NCBI RefSeq assembly: GCF_000002075.1
Contig: NW_004797722.1
Location: forward strand, 258,783 to 322,782
Direction: 5' to 3'
Source: Aplysia californica
Lineage: Eukaryota
DNA: 64,000 nt
In this document: positions 24,530 to 37,204 of the stretch, piece by piece
Numbering within the stretch: position 1 is the first letter of the stretch
How the letters are laid out: every line of letters starts with the position of its first letter
Position numbers and translations under genes: made by a program
Notes under the pieces: model-generated
Told to the model about the DNA's origin: nothing
The model's database searches: none
The model's input: the letters and a program-made list of their open reading frames with translations, nothing else

Positions 24530-27500
24530 TACTTAGTTTAGTTAGGGTGATGTTTAAAAAAAAGTTATCTTGTGTTTGTATTATGTTGTTCATCTTTTGT
24601 GACTTATTATAGATTATGCTTTATAGAATTCTCCAAGGATGTTGTGAGACCTTAGCTCGTGAAATGTTCAACTGTTTAGATATTGTAAACCCTCTCCTAT
24701 TGCACTGTATGCCTTTCCCTAAAATGAAATTAAAACTTCGAAGTTGTCTTTTGAAATGAAATCCCAAGTCTTTTTTTTTTGGAACAGGCTTTAGGAAGTG
24801 TCGTTCAGGTTTACATTTTGTTCAGGCAACAATGCCATTTAGCATTACCTTCTGTGGACACACCTTGTGATGGTTTCTTCTTTAGTCAAACAGCTTTTGG
24901 TTTGTATAAACTTCAAGTTCAAGTTGAAAATTTTACACACTTTTACATAAACTCAGTTCCCTCTTGATTTAGTGCTTTGTTCCAGTTTTCTGTGAACATT
25001 TTTTAAGAATCTGGAGAAACGTCTATCGGTACAAAATCAGTGGAAGATATTTTCCAAGAAATTGTTCATGGTTTATGAGACACCAGTGTCCAGTGCCATT
25101 TTGTACCAGCGCATTTTAAGCCTTGTTTCTATATAATTATTATGAAATATAACAAAACAATTATTCTCCGCAGTATCCACAGGTAATGGGATTACTGTAC
25201 GTAGATCTTGTGCAATAGGGTCATTCTTATGGAATGCTCATGCTGTTGTAGTGTGTTCTTTCATTTGACTTTTGCCTTCATATCTTATTATTGCAAAGCT
25301 TTTCATAAGATTATTGAAAAGAAATATTCCACATTGTAAGGAGAAAGACGCTGCTAAGTTGACATAGGTGAACCAGTGAATTTGTGAACTTGCATTCTAT
25401 TGTAGCAGTTCTGTATAGTGTAGTCTCAGCTATTTTTATAATTTTCCTTGGAATGGAAACAGAGATAACAGCAGAGCCTCAGCGGGAATATGGAAGAGTC
25501 TGCTCCATTTCGCAACAAATATGAAATTTCCTGTTAGGAAAAAAACATGACTGTATCTATATTGATTGTTTCCAAATTCAACATCTTTTTAGTTACTGAG
25601 CAAATAGACAAAAGGGCAAAATGTAAAACGACTTTCCATTTCAAGAACTAAACCTAAAAGCAGAAACCATTCCTATGCAAAAGTTACTTATGAAGGGCTC
25701 ATGTAGTCATATTATTATTATGGCATTAAATGTAATTAAAAATTTTTTTAAACATATATTCTTCATACTGATAAGATCTCTTTGGTTGTGTCATGAAACA
25801 GTGATGGCAATTACATTGTTTGAGGCTTTTGTCAATAATAGTACCATGCATTCACCTCTGCAAATTGGCAAATCAGCCTTTTTCTCTCTCTTTCTAGTTT
25901 TCGTTTCGATAACATTAGAACCGGAGGACAAGGACAGTGCTGTTCTGGCCCGGGATTGTCATTGCAAGAGGTGTTTGCTATCGTGCTTCTAAAGAGAATT
26001 AGATTATGATGGCCCTCCCTTGGCATGAAACAGATCCTCACCAAGGATTTATGTTGAAATATCAAACAATGGCTCGGCTTGCACATGAAACAAATGGAAT
26101 TCTCTTGTCTTAGAAGATCTTTCTTTAAGCTTTGTTTCTGATAGCTCTTTTTGCTAGTGCAGTTTTACCTCACTCTAGAAACCTAAAGTCCATGTAGTTG
26201 TCATAGCTGACAGTCTGTATGTATTGGTGACTCCATTGTATTCCTTAGAATTTTGATATATATCATTTTGAGTTAAAGTATTATCTTGAAAGTAATGAAA
26301 GAGCATTGTTCACCCACATCCTGATTTGTTATCTGTAAATAGTTGTGACCTTTATATTTTTTTTGTTCATTGTAGTAGGTCATTCTTTATTTTTTAGAAT
26401 GTATATGGGCTTGTGTATTTAAAATTATACTGTAATTTTAAGTAAGGACAAAATGTACACTTAGGTGATACTATGCCTTAGGATTTAGTTTCATTTATTA
26501 ATCGGTTATCTCTCAGCTGTATAAATGAAAACAAATGCAACGCAGTCTTGAGAAATGCTGTTTCTATGTCATTTGTTACTAAGATTAAGAAGTATTTCTT
26601 AGTACAATGTATACGTTGTTTGGTTTTTAATGAGAGATCAGGAGGTATGGCCGTAAATTGTTCATGGCTAATTAATATGACCAACACGACAAATTTATCT
26701 TTGGAGTTCAGTCCACCATTCATATTAAGACCTTTTTCATAGTTTTGGATCAGGTTTCAGGGCAGGAAGAATCAGTCTTGTTCTTCCTTTTAATTACAGG
26801 ATATTTTTTTTTCTTGATTTGAATGTTGCCATACATTCAACTAATTGCATTTTACAATAATTGAAGCATGGAACTTAGGAAGTTTAATTAATTTTTTACT
26901 GTTTAAGAATAAGTAGTAATTGAAACTTGGTTCATAATGTATTAGAATTAACGTTAGAATTATTCTTGGTCATGCGCTGTCATTTTAAGATGAGACAAAG
27001 ACACATCTTCATATTGTTTGTATTACTTAACATACTTTAGGTTTGAAAGATTAACTTTGCACTCAGAATTCTTACAGATTTTGGGTTACTCATTAACTAG
27101 GGACCACAAAGATTTGAATATCCAACATTTTAAATTTTGGTTTTATATATATATAGTTTTTGTTGTCTTTTCATTTAGGAAAGGGCTACTCTGTATATTG
27201 GATGGCAGGCTGTTAAATTCTGTACTGCAAGAGAAATTCAGAATTTACCTACAACTGTCGTAAAAAGAAAAGTTGTTCTTATTATTTTATGAAAGGCACA
27301 GTGACTATGACATTCCAGCTCAGACTGTTATGAAAAGCTCTCTTGTTGATCATTACAACATTCCCATAATACTTCTGTATTTTTTATCCTATTTACTGAG
27401 TGGTGTGGAAAATCTTATTGAAGCCAGTTCTCCTGCCGCCATCCTTCCCTAGCTGTATCATAAAAGCTGTGCATATTTTCATACCACATTCCATAAAACA

Positions 27501-27621
27501 TTTCTCAAATATAACATGTATACATACACTGAAGGAAATAAATTCTTTTTTAATGATTGCTCAAATGTCCCTGTTTTTTTTTATGTTTTAGTTTGCCACT
27601 AACTTATCATTTTCTTATATT

Positions 27622-27869
27622 TCGCTACCTTAGAATTACAAATTTCTATCTGACATTTTTGGCCGTTTGAGTTACTAAGGCCGTCTGGTCAGAAATCAAA
27701 TGTTCTGTCTCCACTATCAAAATCGTATGACAATTCGCAGTGGTTATCAAGATATTCAAAGAATTGCCTTAGAAAAAGCTTGACATGTTCGGAAACTCGA
27801 CATTTTTAAAGTCAAATTTCTCAGATCTGGGTACTGAGCACTTAGAACTTTGTAATTCTGGGGTAGCGA
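27622..27869. mobile_element. MITE
   Basis: TCGCTACCTTAGAATTACAAA at left; TTTGTAATTCTGGGGTAGCGA at right (near-perfect ~21-bp TIR). Confidence 0.7.
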
Positions 27870-28693
27870 TTTATTGTGTACAGATCATGTTTGGAGTTTA
27901 ATTATAAAGGACAGTATGTCCAGTTTTAGATGAAACTGAGTTATCAATTTGACCTGATAGTTTAAAACACAGGGCACATTTCTTCCTTAGTCAGGCATTG
28001 GTATCTTAATAAATAAGGCAGGGAAAATGTTTTGAAGATATTCAAAGTGACTGGCTTTTGAGAAGCAAAGATGTGTTGGGGTTTTTTTTGGCTTTCCTGA
28101 ACATTTTACAAAACTGGATATACTGTCTCTTTTAAGGCAGAACTCTAGACATACAGGGTGATCTGGAGGTTTTCTTCCATCGTTTAGTGAACTGGTGGAC
28201 ATATTAACTAAGTTCTCTGTCATTTTGTTGCAGTTTGGTAGGACTTCTCTGAGGCCAAATTTTATGTCCCTAAAAATAGGTCTATAGTATTTCTCTACAA
28301 GGTTAGATCTACCCGCATATGTATTCTGTGAAAAGAGTTCTAGAAATGCGTAGTTTAACAAGTGTATGGAGACTACACCCGTCTTGGGAACACTTAACTC
28401 AGCTGGCATCATGCTGTGCTGTGGTGCAGGTAGCCTACTAGAGTTCTTATGGTTGTTTCATTAAAGGTTGATATTAAAACAGGGGACCCTTCTTCCTGGG
28501 TAACTTAAGTGTTGGAAAGGGTATTATAAACCCTTGTGATACAATACTATAGGACTATCGAGTGCTATGATCATTTTCTGCAGTGTGACAGTATATCTAT
28601 TTCGCTGTGCAATAATGATATAATATCAATAACTGGACGTTATTCTGTGATTGGCTATTTTTACAGGAATTGAAACAAATGAACAAAATTGCT

Positions 28694-28712
28694 ATTAAAG
28701 AATTGTTTTATT
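28694..28712. terminator. Opposed polyadenylation signals (ATTAAA on +, AATAAA on -)
   Basis: ATTAAA at 28694-28699 and TTTATT at 28707-28712, where strand composition appears to flip from T/G-rich to A/C-rich. Confidence 0.4.
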
Positions 28713-30158
28713 CTAACTAGAGTCAGAAACAACACTCAATAGTTTCGTGATTGCACCGTTCTTGCTTGCTCTATTGTCTATGGTTTTTTAACAAATCTGT
28801 TCAGCAATTTTTCTTTTAGTCATCATCAACAGCGACAACGTACTGTTAGAAAATACAAGATCAAACCAATACAAGAAACTGACACAAAATGTGCTATCTA
28901 CTTCTCTGAAAATCACAAGTGCTTCAGAGAAGCTCTAAGGCATTCTCTCTTTTACCTTTCTTCTTTCCTTCCCTCTGCCTTTCTCTTTCACTCATTTTCT
29001 GACATGCGCATACTTACACTCACAACTTTTTATATGCACAAGTGACTGTCGTCATAGAAAGAAATATTCTATTATCAACACAAACAGCAGTTTGTGGTAA
29101 AGTATAAGACATTGCAATTGTAGGAATACTTTACAAATACATACATCCCGTATCTCGTCTGGTTTATGCAAATTCATTTTATGTTGGGTTATCACAGAGG
29201 GCTAAAACAATCAGCATAACAATCACAGCATCTTTTGAAACAACTGTGCCAATTCCAAACTCTTTTCAAAAGAGACTGGGTGCTAGAATACTGGAGAAAC
29301 GTTCCTTAATAATCATCCGTTTATGGCTAATGGTGGCATTATTGTGGGGGTGGGGGGGGGGGATAAACTTTGACACGTTCCATACTATTATTAGAAAGGA
29401 AAAACTTCCTTTCCCAATAAGTGGTCAGTTACACAATCAAACAATGATGCAAATGAAAAAGCAAACCCACGAAAGTAACGGCCAGCACCATTGGCAGGAT
29501 GGACCACTTATTAATATATGTGAACCAATATACTTGAATAAAATAATAATGAAAATATCAGGGGGGGAAATGTATGAGACTGCAATCGCGTAGAGCCATC
29601 TAATGGCTAATAATATTGTACATGTTTACAACAGGGACGAACGAAAACTGGCCTGTTATGCAAGTTGTTTTGGGTTTTTTTTTAAAGAAAGACTTAACAT
29701 TGATTTTGGATATTTGCTATTCACATGAAAGCCCCGTGGATTCACATTCAAGACATGGATGTATAAGAAACATTTGTAATACATGTTGACATGAGAAATC
29801 CGAGGGAAGAGAGTGCTAAATTATAGACAGGCATAAGAACATTTGAAATTTGAACACAAAAACTAATATTTCAGTGTTTCCTTCATCAAGACATTATTGT
29901 TCTTGACATTTCCCCCACATCTCTGGAATGCGCCAAAAACATCGCGTTTCGTACTGTTAGGGCTCGGAAGAACACAAGAGGTTCCCCTGTGTACCCCGTA
30001 AGGCTTATTTGCTTTCTTTGTCGCAACAGTGCCCCAAGCTGTTGGCCAATCTGGATACAAGCTGCAGAAAGCGTCAAACCTTTTTGACGAGCCACGGTCC
30101 TGTCATTTACGGACACCTCGCCTGGTCCTTGAACCGACACGATCGCTGTGTCTTCGTC

Positions 30159-32309
30159 TCAGTCTGTTGGTATGTTTTCAATGGCACTTCTCAGTTCATC
30201 TTCCAGATCCGAGACGAGAGACGAGTAGAGCAGGGACACCGACTGTGACGGGTGGGACCTACTGCGACCCATGGGATAGCTGTGGGGACGTCGGCTGGGC
30301 CTGTGGGGTTGTGGTGGTGGTGGTTGCGGCTGCTCCGTGAAGCTCATCTCTACAGGTTGGGGTGGAGGGGCCTGAAAGGAACCCGGGCAGTTAGAGAACG
30401 AGCAGAAGCAAGACGACAGTCCCACGGGCTGCCCTGGCGATAGAGACTCATCTTCTTGTGTAAGTGAGGAGCTGTACATAGGAGGGATGGACTCGTTCGC
30501 CGACCTGGGCATCGGGGAAGGCGAGGAGGAGACGAAGGGTGACTTCATGCTGACAAAAAACTCAACCGTGTCCTTTATGGAGAGGTCTAATATGTCCTTG
30601 ACCTCGCCAGGGGAGTTTGCGGGGGAAGAGAACACGTCATTGTCTAGGTAAGAGAAGGAGGCCTCGAACGCACTCATATCCTGAGCCAATGAGAGTGGAG
30701 TACTGCTGGACAATTGAGAGGCCGGGAAACGATGACTCTCATATTCGTAGGGCGGGCTCGGACACGAATGCATGTCAGGTGACTGGTAGAGAGATCTAGA
30801 GCTGCTCTGGGAGTAGGCGTAAGGACCAGTGCTGTAGGGATGGTATCGCTTCTGCGAGGAGAGAGAAACAGAGGATGACGCAACGGCGGGTTTGTATTTC
30901 TGGGAGGAGGAAGAAGACATCAAGACTGGTGGCACCATCTGCTGGCTGTGGGAGGGCGGGTAGTCCAGGGAGGAATCCAGTCTGGACATGAAGCTCGGCA
31001 CTCGCCTGCAGGTGTCACAGGAGCAGCCGTGGCTACTGTTACCCAGGACGAGCATCTGAGAACCGCCAGAACGGGGTAAAGTCTTGCTGCTTCTTTTGTA
31101 CATGCCGGGGGTGGAAGTGAGATCTTCTCCTGGCATCAACGAGGGCGCTGAGATGTTGCTTAGCATCCGATGTGGAGGTCTGGCTAGTTGGCGATTGCGG
31201 ACTTTTGGAGTAAATGTCGCTTTTGTCATACCTGGAAAATCACCACTGCTAGAAGTGTACGCTTTACTCAGACTCATACCGCTGAAACTGTTTCTTGCGC
31301 GGTTTGGTCCTCGACCACACGAAAACCCTGCCTTGAAGTACCCACTATCAAAGGACGGTGATATGTAGCTGCGCTCTAATGCCAAGGACGATGACGTGCC
31401 GTTCTTGTTGAAGTTACTGGTGCTGATAATGTTGCTGTGCTCCTTGCAGGAATAGCAAGGGATTCGTTTCATCGCAGGGGAGGCAGTTTTGCCACTGAGG
31501 GGCACTGAAATCCCAATGTCCTTGTTCTTGCCAAGTGTCGTCCTCAGACCTATTTTCACCTTCCTCCCGTCGTTTTTAGTTGGCATACGAAATCCCTGGT
31601 GAGAAAAATCAAAGCACGTGCACAAACTATTATTCTGGAAGCAGAACTGGCATTTATTATTGGCCATGTCCGAAGACATTCTCACAGCAGGGGCAACTGG
31701 GGACAAGACTGGCGTGGGGGTTGGGGTCGGGTTGGGGCTTGGATCGCATTTGCCCGCGCTGGCGTACTGCTGGACAATACTGGTGTTGTCGACTTCCGCG
31801 CTGTTGCACGGGACAATAGAAGAACAGACGGGCTGAGCTCCTGGACTCATGGCACTTCGGCTGATGCCACTGGGTGTGGTGGGCTTCCCAAAGACACCCG
31901 CACCCCACTGCTGGCGCATCTCCTCTGGTAGCAGCGCGCTGGGGCTGAGGTTATACCCAGACCCTTTACACTTGCAGTCGGACGGCTTCTTACGGGAGTT
32001 CTTCACTGGGTAGTCAGCGAAGGGGCTCTCGTCGGAAATGACCGACGGAAGGAAAGGGTCTCCTCTGCTCATGGGATCTGTTTGCCGTTTTTTGGCTCGA
32101 GAAAGACAGGTCGGTAACTTGGCCTTTCCCTTGGCTTTCTTGGTCTTCCCCGGCAGACAGCCCTGGCAGTGTTTGCGCTGGTCCGACCCACTGTTGCTGC
32201 ACACGACAGGCAGGAAGTTGCCACAGGGGGACACTTCTATGTCGATAACGTCATTGGGTCTGACGGGTGGTGTCTTGAGGGATGCATCTTCGTCATCCGC
32301 GCACAACAT
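30159..32309 (-). CDS. Uncharacterised 716-aa Ser/Pro-rich, Cys-cluster protein (single coding exon)
   Basis: 2151-nt uninterrupted GC-richer ORF in an AT-rich background. A splice acceptor TTCACATTTTCAG lies 22 nt upstream of the ATG, and an in-frame TGA two codons before the ATG fixes the start. No domain recognised. Confidence 0.8.
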   Translation of the reverse strand: MLCADDEDASLKTPPVRPNDVIDIEVSPCGNFLPVVCSNSGSDQRKHCQGCLPGKTKKAKGKAKLPTCLSRAKKRQTDPMSRGDPFLPSVISDESPFADYPVKNSRKKPSDCKCKGSGYNLSPSALLPEEMRQQWGAGVFGKPTTPSGISRSAMSPGAQPVCSSIVPCNSAEVDNTSIVQQYASAGKCDPSPNPTPTPTPVLSPVAPAVRMSSDMANNKCQFCFQNNSLCTCFDFSHQGFRMPTKNDGRKVKIGLRTTLGKNKDIGISVPLSGKTASPAMKRIPCYSCKEHSNIISTSNFNKNGTSSSLALERSYISPSFDSGYFKAGFSCGRGPNRARNSFSGMSLSKAYTSSSGDFPGMTKATFTPKVRNRQLARPPHRMLSNISAPSLMPGEDLTSTPGMYKRSSKTLPRSGGSQMLVLGNSSHGCSCDTCRRVPSFMSRLDSSLDYPPSHSQQMVPPVLMSSSSSQKYKPAVASSSVSLSSQKRYHPYSTGPYAYSQSSSRSLYQSPDMHSCPSPPYEYESHRFPASQLSSSTPLSLAQDMSAFEASFSYLDNDVFSSPANSPGEVKDILDLSIKDTVEFFVSMKSPFVSSSPSPMPRSANESIPPMYSSSLTQEDESLSPGQPVGLSSCFCSFSNCPGSFQAPPPQPVEMSFTEQPQPPPPQPHRPSRRPHSYPMGRSRSHPSQSVSLLYSSLVSDLEDELRSAIENIPTD

Positions 32310-33229
32310 CGTTCAGAAGAGCAGCCAAAGACTGAAAATGTGAACAAGTGAATTGCGCTATGATTAAATTGGTCTCTGGACTCCATCAATAGGAAAAGTA
32401 GTGGTCATAGTGTGCTCTCTTTTCTGAAAAGTGGTAAGAAGAGAAGGTAGAAACTAGAAGAAAATAGAAATGAGAACCCACCCTCCCCCGTCTCAATTTT
32501 AAGAGAAAAAGAAGGGGGGGGGGAGGGGTGTTAGTGTAAAATACAGACCTGACAGTTTGCAATAAGTAAATATTTCTCATAGTCATATTCTCCTTGGGTC
32601 TAGGGGTGGTTGGAGGGCGCAACAGGTAGGCCGTACTTCTTTTTTTCTTCCGTAGTTCTTCTCCGTCTTTTCCTTCAATTTAAGTTTTCGTAAGAGTGTC
32701 ACGCACTTCTTTAGGTCATTTAAGTGCCGAAGATTAGAGATGTTGCAAGATAGCAAACACAAAAAAGAAGGAGAGGAAACATGGACGATAGATGTTTTAC
32801 AAGAAAGAAGGGGCAAACTACACCAGACCACCCGCCAACCACTCACTTCCCTGCACTAAATGAATGTTATAAGTTATTGTAAGCGTCGATATTTTACTTT
32901 TCACTCAAACGAACAAACTTTAAATGTCTTTCATTCCTTTCACGATCGCTGATGCCACTATGGGAGCTCCTTTGTCTTAATCAAATTGGTGAAGAATTTT
33001 CAAAACACAAGAAAATCCGAAGTATGGTCCCAAGAGGAACCCAACTTTCCTTTTGCTCTTCCTTGAATGCCTTTCTTCTTCAAGTTACAACCGTCCTGCC
33101 AGAATCTTGAAGTACCCTGTCTTCTAAATATTCCAATTACATTTATGACAAGGCTTTGATTTCATAAGAAAAAAACGTTCCACTTTAGGCAAGATACAGT
33201 GGGCAAGCCAGGCCACTCCCCCCCCCCCT

Positions 33230-33295
33230 CCCCCTCTCTCTCTCTCTCTCTCCCCTCTCTCTCTCTCTCTCTCTCTCACTCTCTCTCTCCCTCTC
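33230..33295. repeat. (TC)n microsatellite
   Basis: Direct inspection. Confidence 0.9.
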
Positions 33296-33320
33296 GATGT
33301 GCTGTACCAACTTTTATGTA

Positions 33321-35569
33321 CAGGGTGATCCAAAAAAAACCCCAACAACAACAAAAACTGTACAACTTGTTTTGTAAATATCATTATCTTCATCTATACT
33401 AAAATTTTGCTGTTCAGATTTGAACATACAATTGAAAGCCAAAAGGAATTTGTCTGATATGCATTTTAGATAAGTGCGTAGAATGGTTTAGCTCTACATG
33501 GCACATTAAAAAATCAACCTATTTCCAACCTTGTCGCCATTTTCATAGCATGACGCACCAGTTCGCATAAGGCCTACCACTAAAAGTTGCAACAATCGCG
33601 CCATGTTGCAAGCTACAAAGGTCTAACAAGTCAACAGTAGTCTACAGATATTATTTTTCCAAAATTTCGTTTGCCTGCTGAGATCATGGTTACGTTAAGT
33701 AGAGAGCAGAGAGCTTTTTGTATTGAACATAACCTCTTCACAAACTCACCATCCATGACGACATCTCGTAAGTTCTGCGCGCGGAATGGATAGATTGCTC
33801 AGGCGCCCTCAAGACCTTTGGCGTCATGAATACAGAAGTTCGGTCAGTTTGGATCTATAGCGAATCAGAACTAAAAATCTAACCTTTAAAAATGACCACT
33901 TCAGGTTGAACACACACCATGCACAATCCTTTAAACTTCACCAGGGTACAGATTTCAGAAGTCGAATCCCATGAGACGTCTGTCCGTAGACGATCTGCAG
34001 CTATGACTTTCCTACACCTCAACAGTCTGCATCCTCATGGCAGATCTTAATCTACAACTGTACCATTTTCATCTTCGTTAGGCCGAGATGACATGGTTCA
34101 GGGCATGGCAAAGTGTTCATGATTCCTTGATGATCTTGAAAAGAGGGATAATTTCCTCGATGACATTTGGTTTAGGGTAAAGCCCATTTTCACCCTGCGG
34201 GATATGTTAACTCCAAAAATGCTGTCTATTGGGCATCCCACTTTATTGTCTCTAGAAGCCACTTCATAGTGAATATGTACAGTGTATGTGGCTTTAAACA
34301 CTCACGGTTTAGCAGCAGTGGAGGTGGGTGGACCCAAATTTGGGTTGGGCTTAGGTTGCTTCCACTTCCTCACCACCAAATAGCAAGCAATAAGAATAAA
34401 ACAGTGATAATTTTTCTATACTCACGGCGAGCCACAGCATTTTGAGAAGCATTCAAGCGAGGCGAGTCACCGTTATCTTCCATCTCTTTGTTTAAATTCT
34501 TTTGGATGTTGGGGACAAAGCCTCCAAATTTCTCTAATTAATGTTCATCTAATAAAAAAAGTTGCCTCAAAAGTGGTTTGACGTAATTAATGACTGTTAA
34601 ATCTCAGCGGCACACACACAAACATGCACACAAAGTACTCCAAACATATACCGTCTATTAGCTGGAGTAGGCCGTGTAGTAGTCGCGGAAAGTGCAACGC
34701 ACAACAAAGGTACAATGAACGCATAGGTAACTGTGTCACTGGGGGAAAGTGTGTGGTAAACTTTCATCCCATTATCAGGGCTGGGAGAGCGTGAGCCCTC
34801 AGTGCAGTGTTATTTTTTCCAAGTCTTCTACCTTTTTACAAGAGTAGTTTCATTACGGAGGAAGCGTGGGAACCGGCTTGTCTTTTCTGAGCCCTAAAGA
34901 CATTTGATTGGCTGTTAGGTTACTATAGTTGTAATCGGTGACAACATTGATTGGATAAACGAGCAAGCCGCCAAGATGATTACTTTGTGTTCATTGCTTG
35001 CGATCATAACGGTTTCAAACTGCTTATTTTGTTACACGTATTTTCATTTCCTTAGGGATGGAGTTGGTGGTGGGGTTGGGAGGAGGGCTGAAGCCCGTGA
35101 GCCCTTCACTACCCACCGCCATTGTTTAGCAGGTCCTTGTGTTTGGGCGCAATTGAACATTTCGAACGACGCGTTAAAAATGTGGAGAGTCCAAAGGAAG
35201 GAATGTGGAGCACTGCTTCTAGGAAGTTCAGAATGAAATCATTAGGCTATTTTTAACTTTGTGAAAGAAATTAAATATTGTTTAAATGTCACAGGGATGG
35301 AAAATTAAATGTCAAAGAGAAAATAAAGGAAAAAAAGTCCAGCAATCTTTCACGACTTCCTTTACAATATTTTTTAAAAATTGGTGAACTTTGCGTTTTG
35401 GGTGCTTTTTCTTTAAGCAGTTTCCGTTTTCAAAAGTTTCTTCTTGGATTTTATGCCAAACAAATTCCTTTCGAAAGAATTTTGTCTGTTCCAAATTACA
35501 GCATTCTAGAACAATTTTTGCGCGAGATATTCAGAAAAAGGTGGAGATTGTTTTGTTTTGATCACCCTG
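33321..35569 (+). mobile_element. Decayed Tc1/mariner transposon (DUF4817/HTH-type transposase), copy 1
   Basis: TA|CAGGGTGATC...GATCACCCTG|TA termini. Degenerate transposase remnants MVTLSREQRAFCIEH, DDIWF, GYVNSKNAVYW, PLHSE, HGLAGP. Homologous to 41537-43316. Confidence 0.85.
34316..35124. mobile_element. hAT-type non-autonomous element nested in the mariner copy
   Basis: 8-bp TSD TTTAGCAG at 34308-34315 and 35125-35132. Imperfect TIRs CAGTGGAGGTGGGT / ACCCACCGCCATTG. Removing it restores the transposase HGLAGP motif. Confidence 0.85.
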
Positions 35570-37204
35570 TATTTGCCGAACAATACGTTGTAATGCCTGG
35601 ATGCATGATGGGCCAAAGGCCTTTCAGATCAATAAAATCATCTTGAAATCGCTCTCCCTCTCCCTACCCCCCTTCTCTCTCTCTCTCTCTCNNNNNNNNN
35701 NNNNNNNNNNNNNNNNNNNNNNNNNNNNNNNNNNNNNNNNNNNNNNNNNNNNNNNNNNNNNNNNNNNNNNNNNNNNNNNNNNNNNNNNNNNNNNNNNNNN
35801 NNNNNNNNNNNNNNNNNNNNNNNNNNNNNNNNNNNNNNNNNNNNNNNNNNNNNNNNNNNNNNNNNNNNNNNNNNNNNNNNNNNNNNNNNNNNNNNNNNNN
35901 NNNNNNNNNNNNNNNNNNNNNNNNNNNNNNNNNNNNNNNNNNNNNNNNNNNNNNNNNNNNNNNNNNNNNNNNNNNNNNNNNNNNNNNNNNNNNNNNNNNN
36001 NNNNNNNNNNNNNNNNNNNNNNNNNNNNNNNNNNNNNNNNNNNNNNNNNNNNNNNNNNNNNNNNNNNNNNNNNNNNNNNNNNNNNNNNNNNNNNNNNNNN
36101 NNNNNNNNNNNNNNNNNNNNNNNNNNNNNNNNNNNNNNNNNNNNNNNNNNNNNNNNNNNNNNNNNNNNNNNNNNNNNNNNNNNNNNNNNNNNNNNNNNNN
36201 NNNNNNNNNNNNNNNNNNNNNNNNNNNNNNNNNNNNNNNNNNNNNNNNNNNNNNNNNNNNNNNNNNNNNNNNNNNNNNNNNNNNNNNNNNNNNNNNNNAC
36301 GCGTCAGTCTTTTTTTTCCCTCGGCAACTTATCATTATTACAATGATAAGCTAGTCTTGACATAGATCTAAATCTACGTAATGAATTGTGCGCTGGTCTA
36401 TGGAATCAAAAGTTGCCCTATGCTAAGCTCTACACAGCAACACAACGTTTTGGTAAACAATCGGGATGACACAGGCGTGTGCATTGAACAAATCGGTCTT
36501 CTTTTTTTTTTACACAGCTCAAAATATGCAGTCATTTCAGGCACTAGATCTATTTGTGATTTCTCTTTACATTACTTGCTCATTGTCTGTAATTATCTAC
36601 ACAAAACCTCGTATAACGAACACTCGGATTCAACGAGATTTTAGGTCAGGCCCGACGACCTCGTTGAACTCGAGTTCCACTGTAGGCTACTTAGAACCGA
36701 AAGAGTAATTTTAATGTAGCCTAACAAAGGGAGGGAAGCTACCCAGGTTTAGAACGTCTCATGTCAATATGTTGTCTGTTGTTCCTTTTCAGCCGTTGTT
36801 CGTGTCATTGAACTTTACTATGTTAGGAAATTACAAGAACTGATGAAACTATGATTACCGAAATCCATGGAGGGAGCAAGGCCTGGATACCTTTCCGTTT
36901 CATCATACTGTTTACGTGACTCGATCCTACATGGTTGCAAATCCTGATTACGTCGAACTCGTTAGGACACCCTTCTCTTCAGAGTCCCCAGCAGGAAACA
37001 GCTTGATTGAAAAGTATGTTCACTACTGATCCTCTGCAGTGCCGAAGACTTCAGAACGCACAAATGCAGCTGGTGCGCAATTCACAAGCCCATGACGTCA
37101 CTGGGTCAGCAGGTTCAGGATAACGTTCAATTTCAACCAGGCATTGCATCTTAATCGAATTGGAACCTACATGGGCTGGTGGCCCTGTTAACTTCTGACT
37201 GCTT

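Noticed and set aside
7848-32309. The FERM model and the orphan ORF are both 2151 nt / 716 aa
   Set aside because: No sequence similarity between them; coincidence.
30009-32351. Several + strand ORFs overlapping the 716-aa ORF
   Set aside because: Antisense shadow ORFs of a GC-richer coding region.
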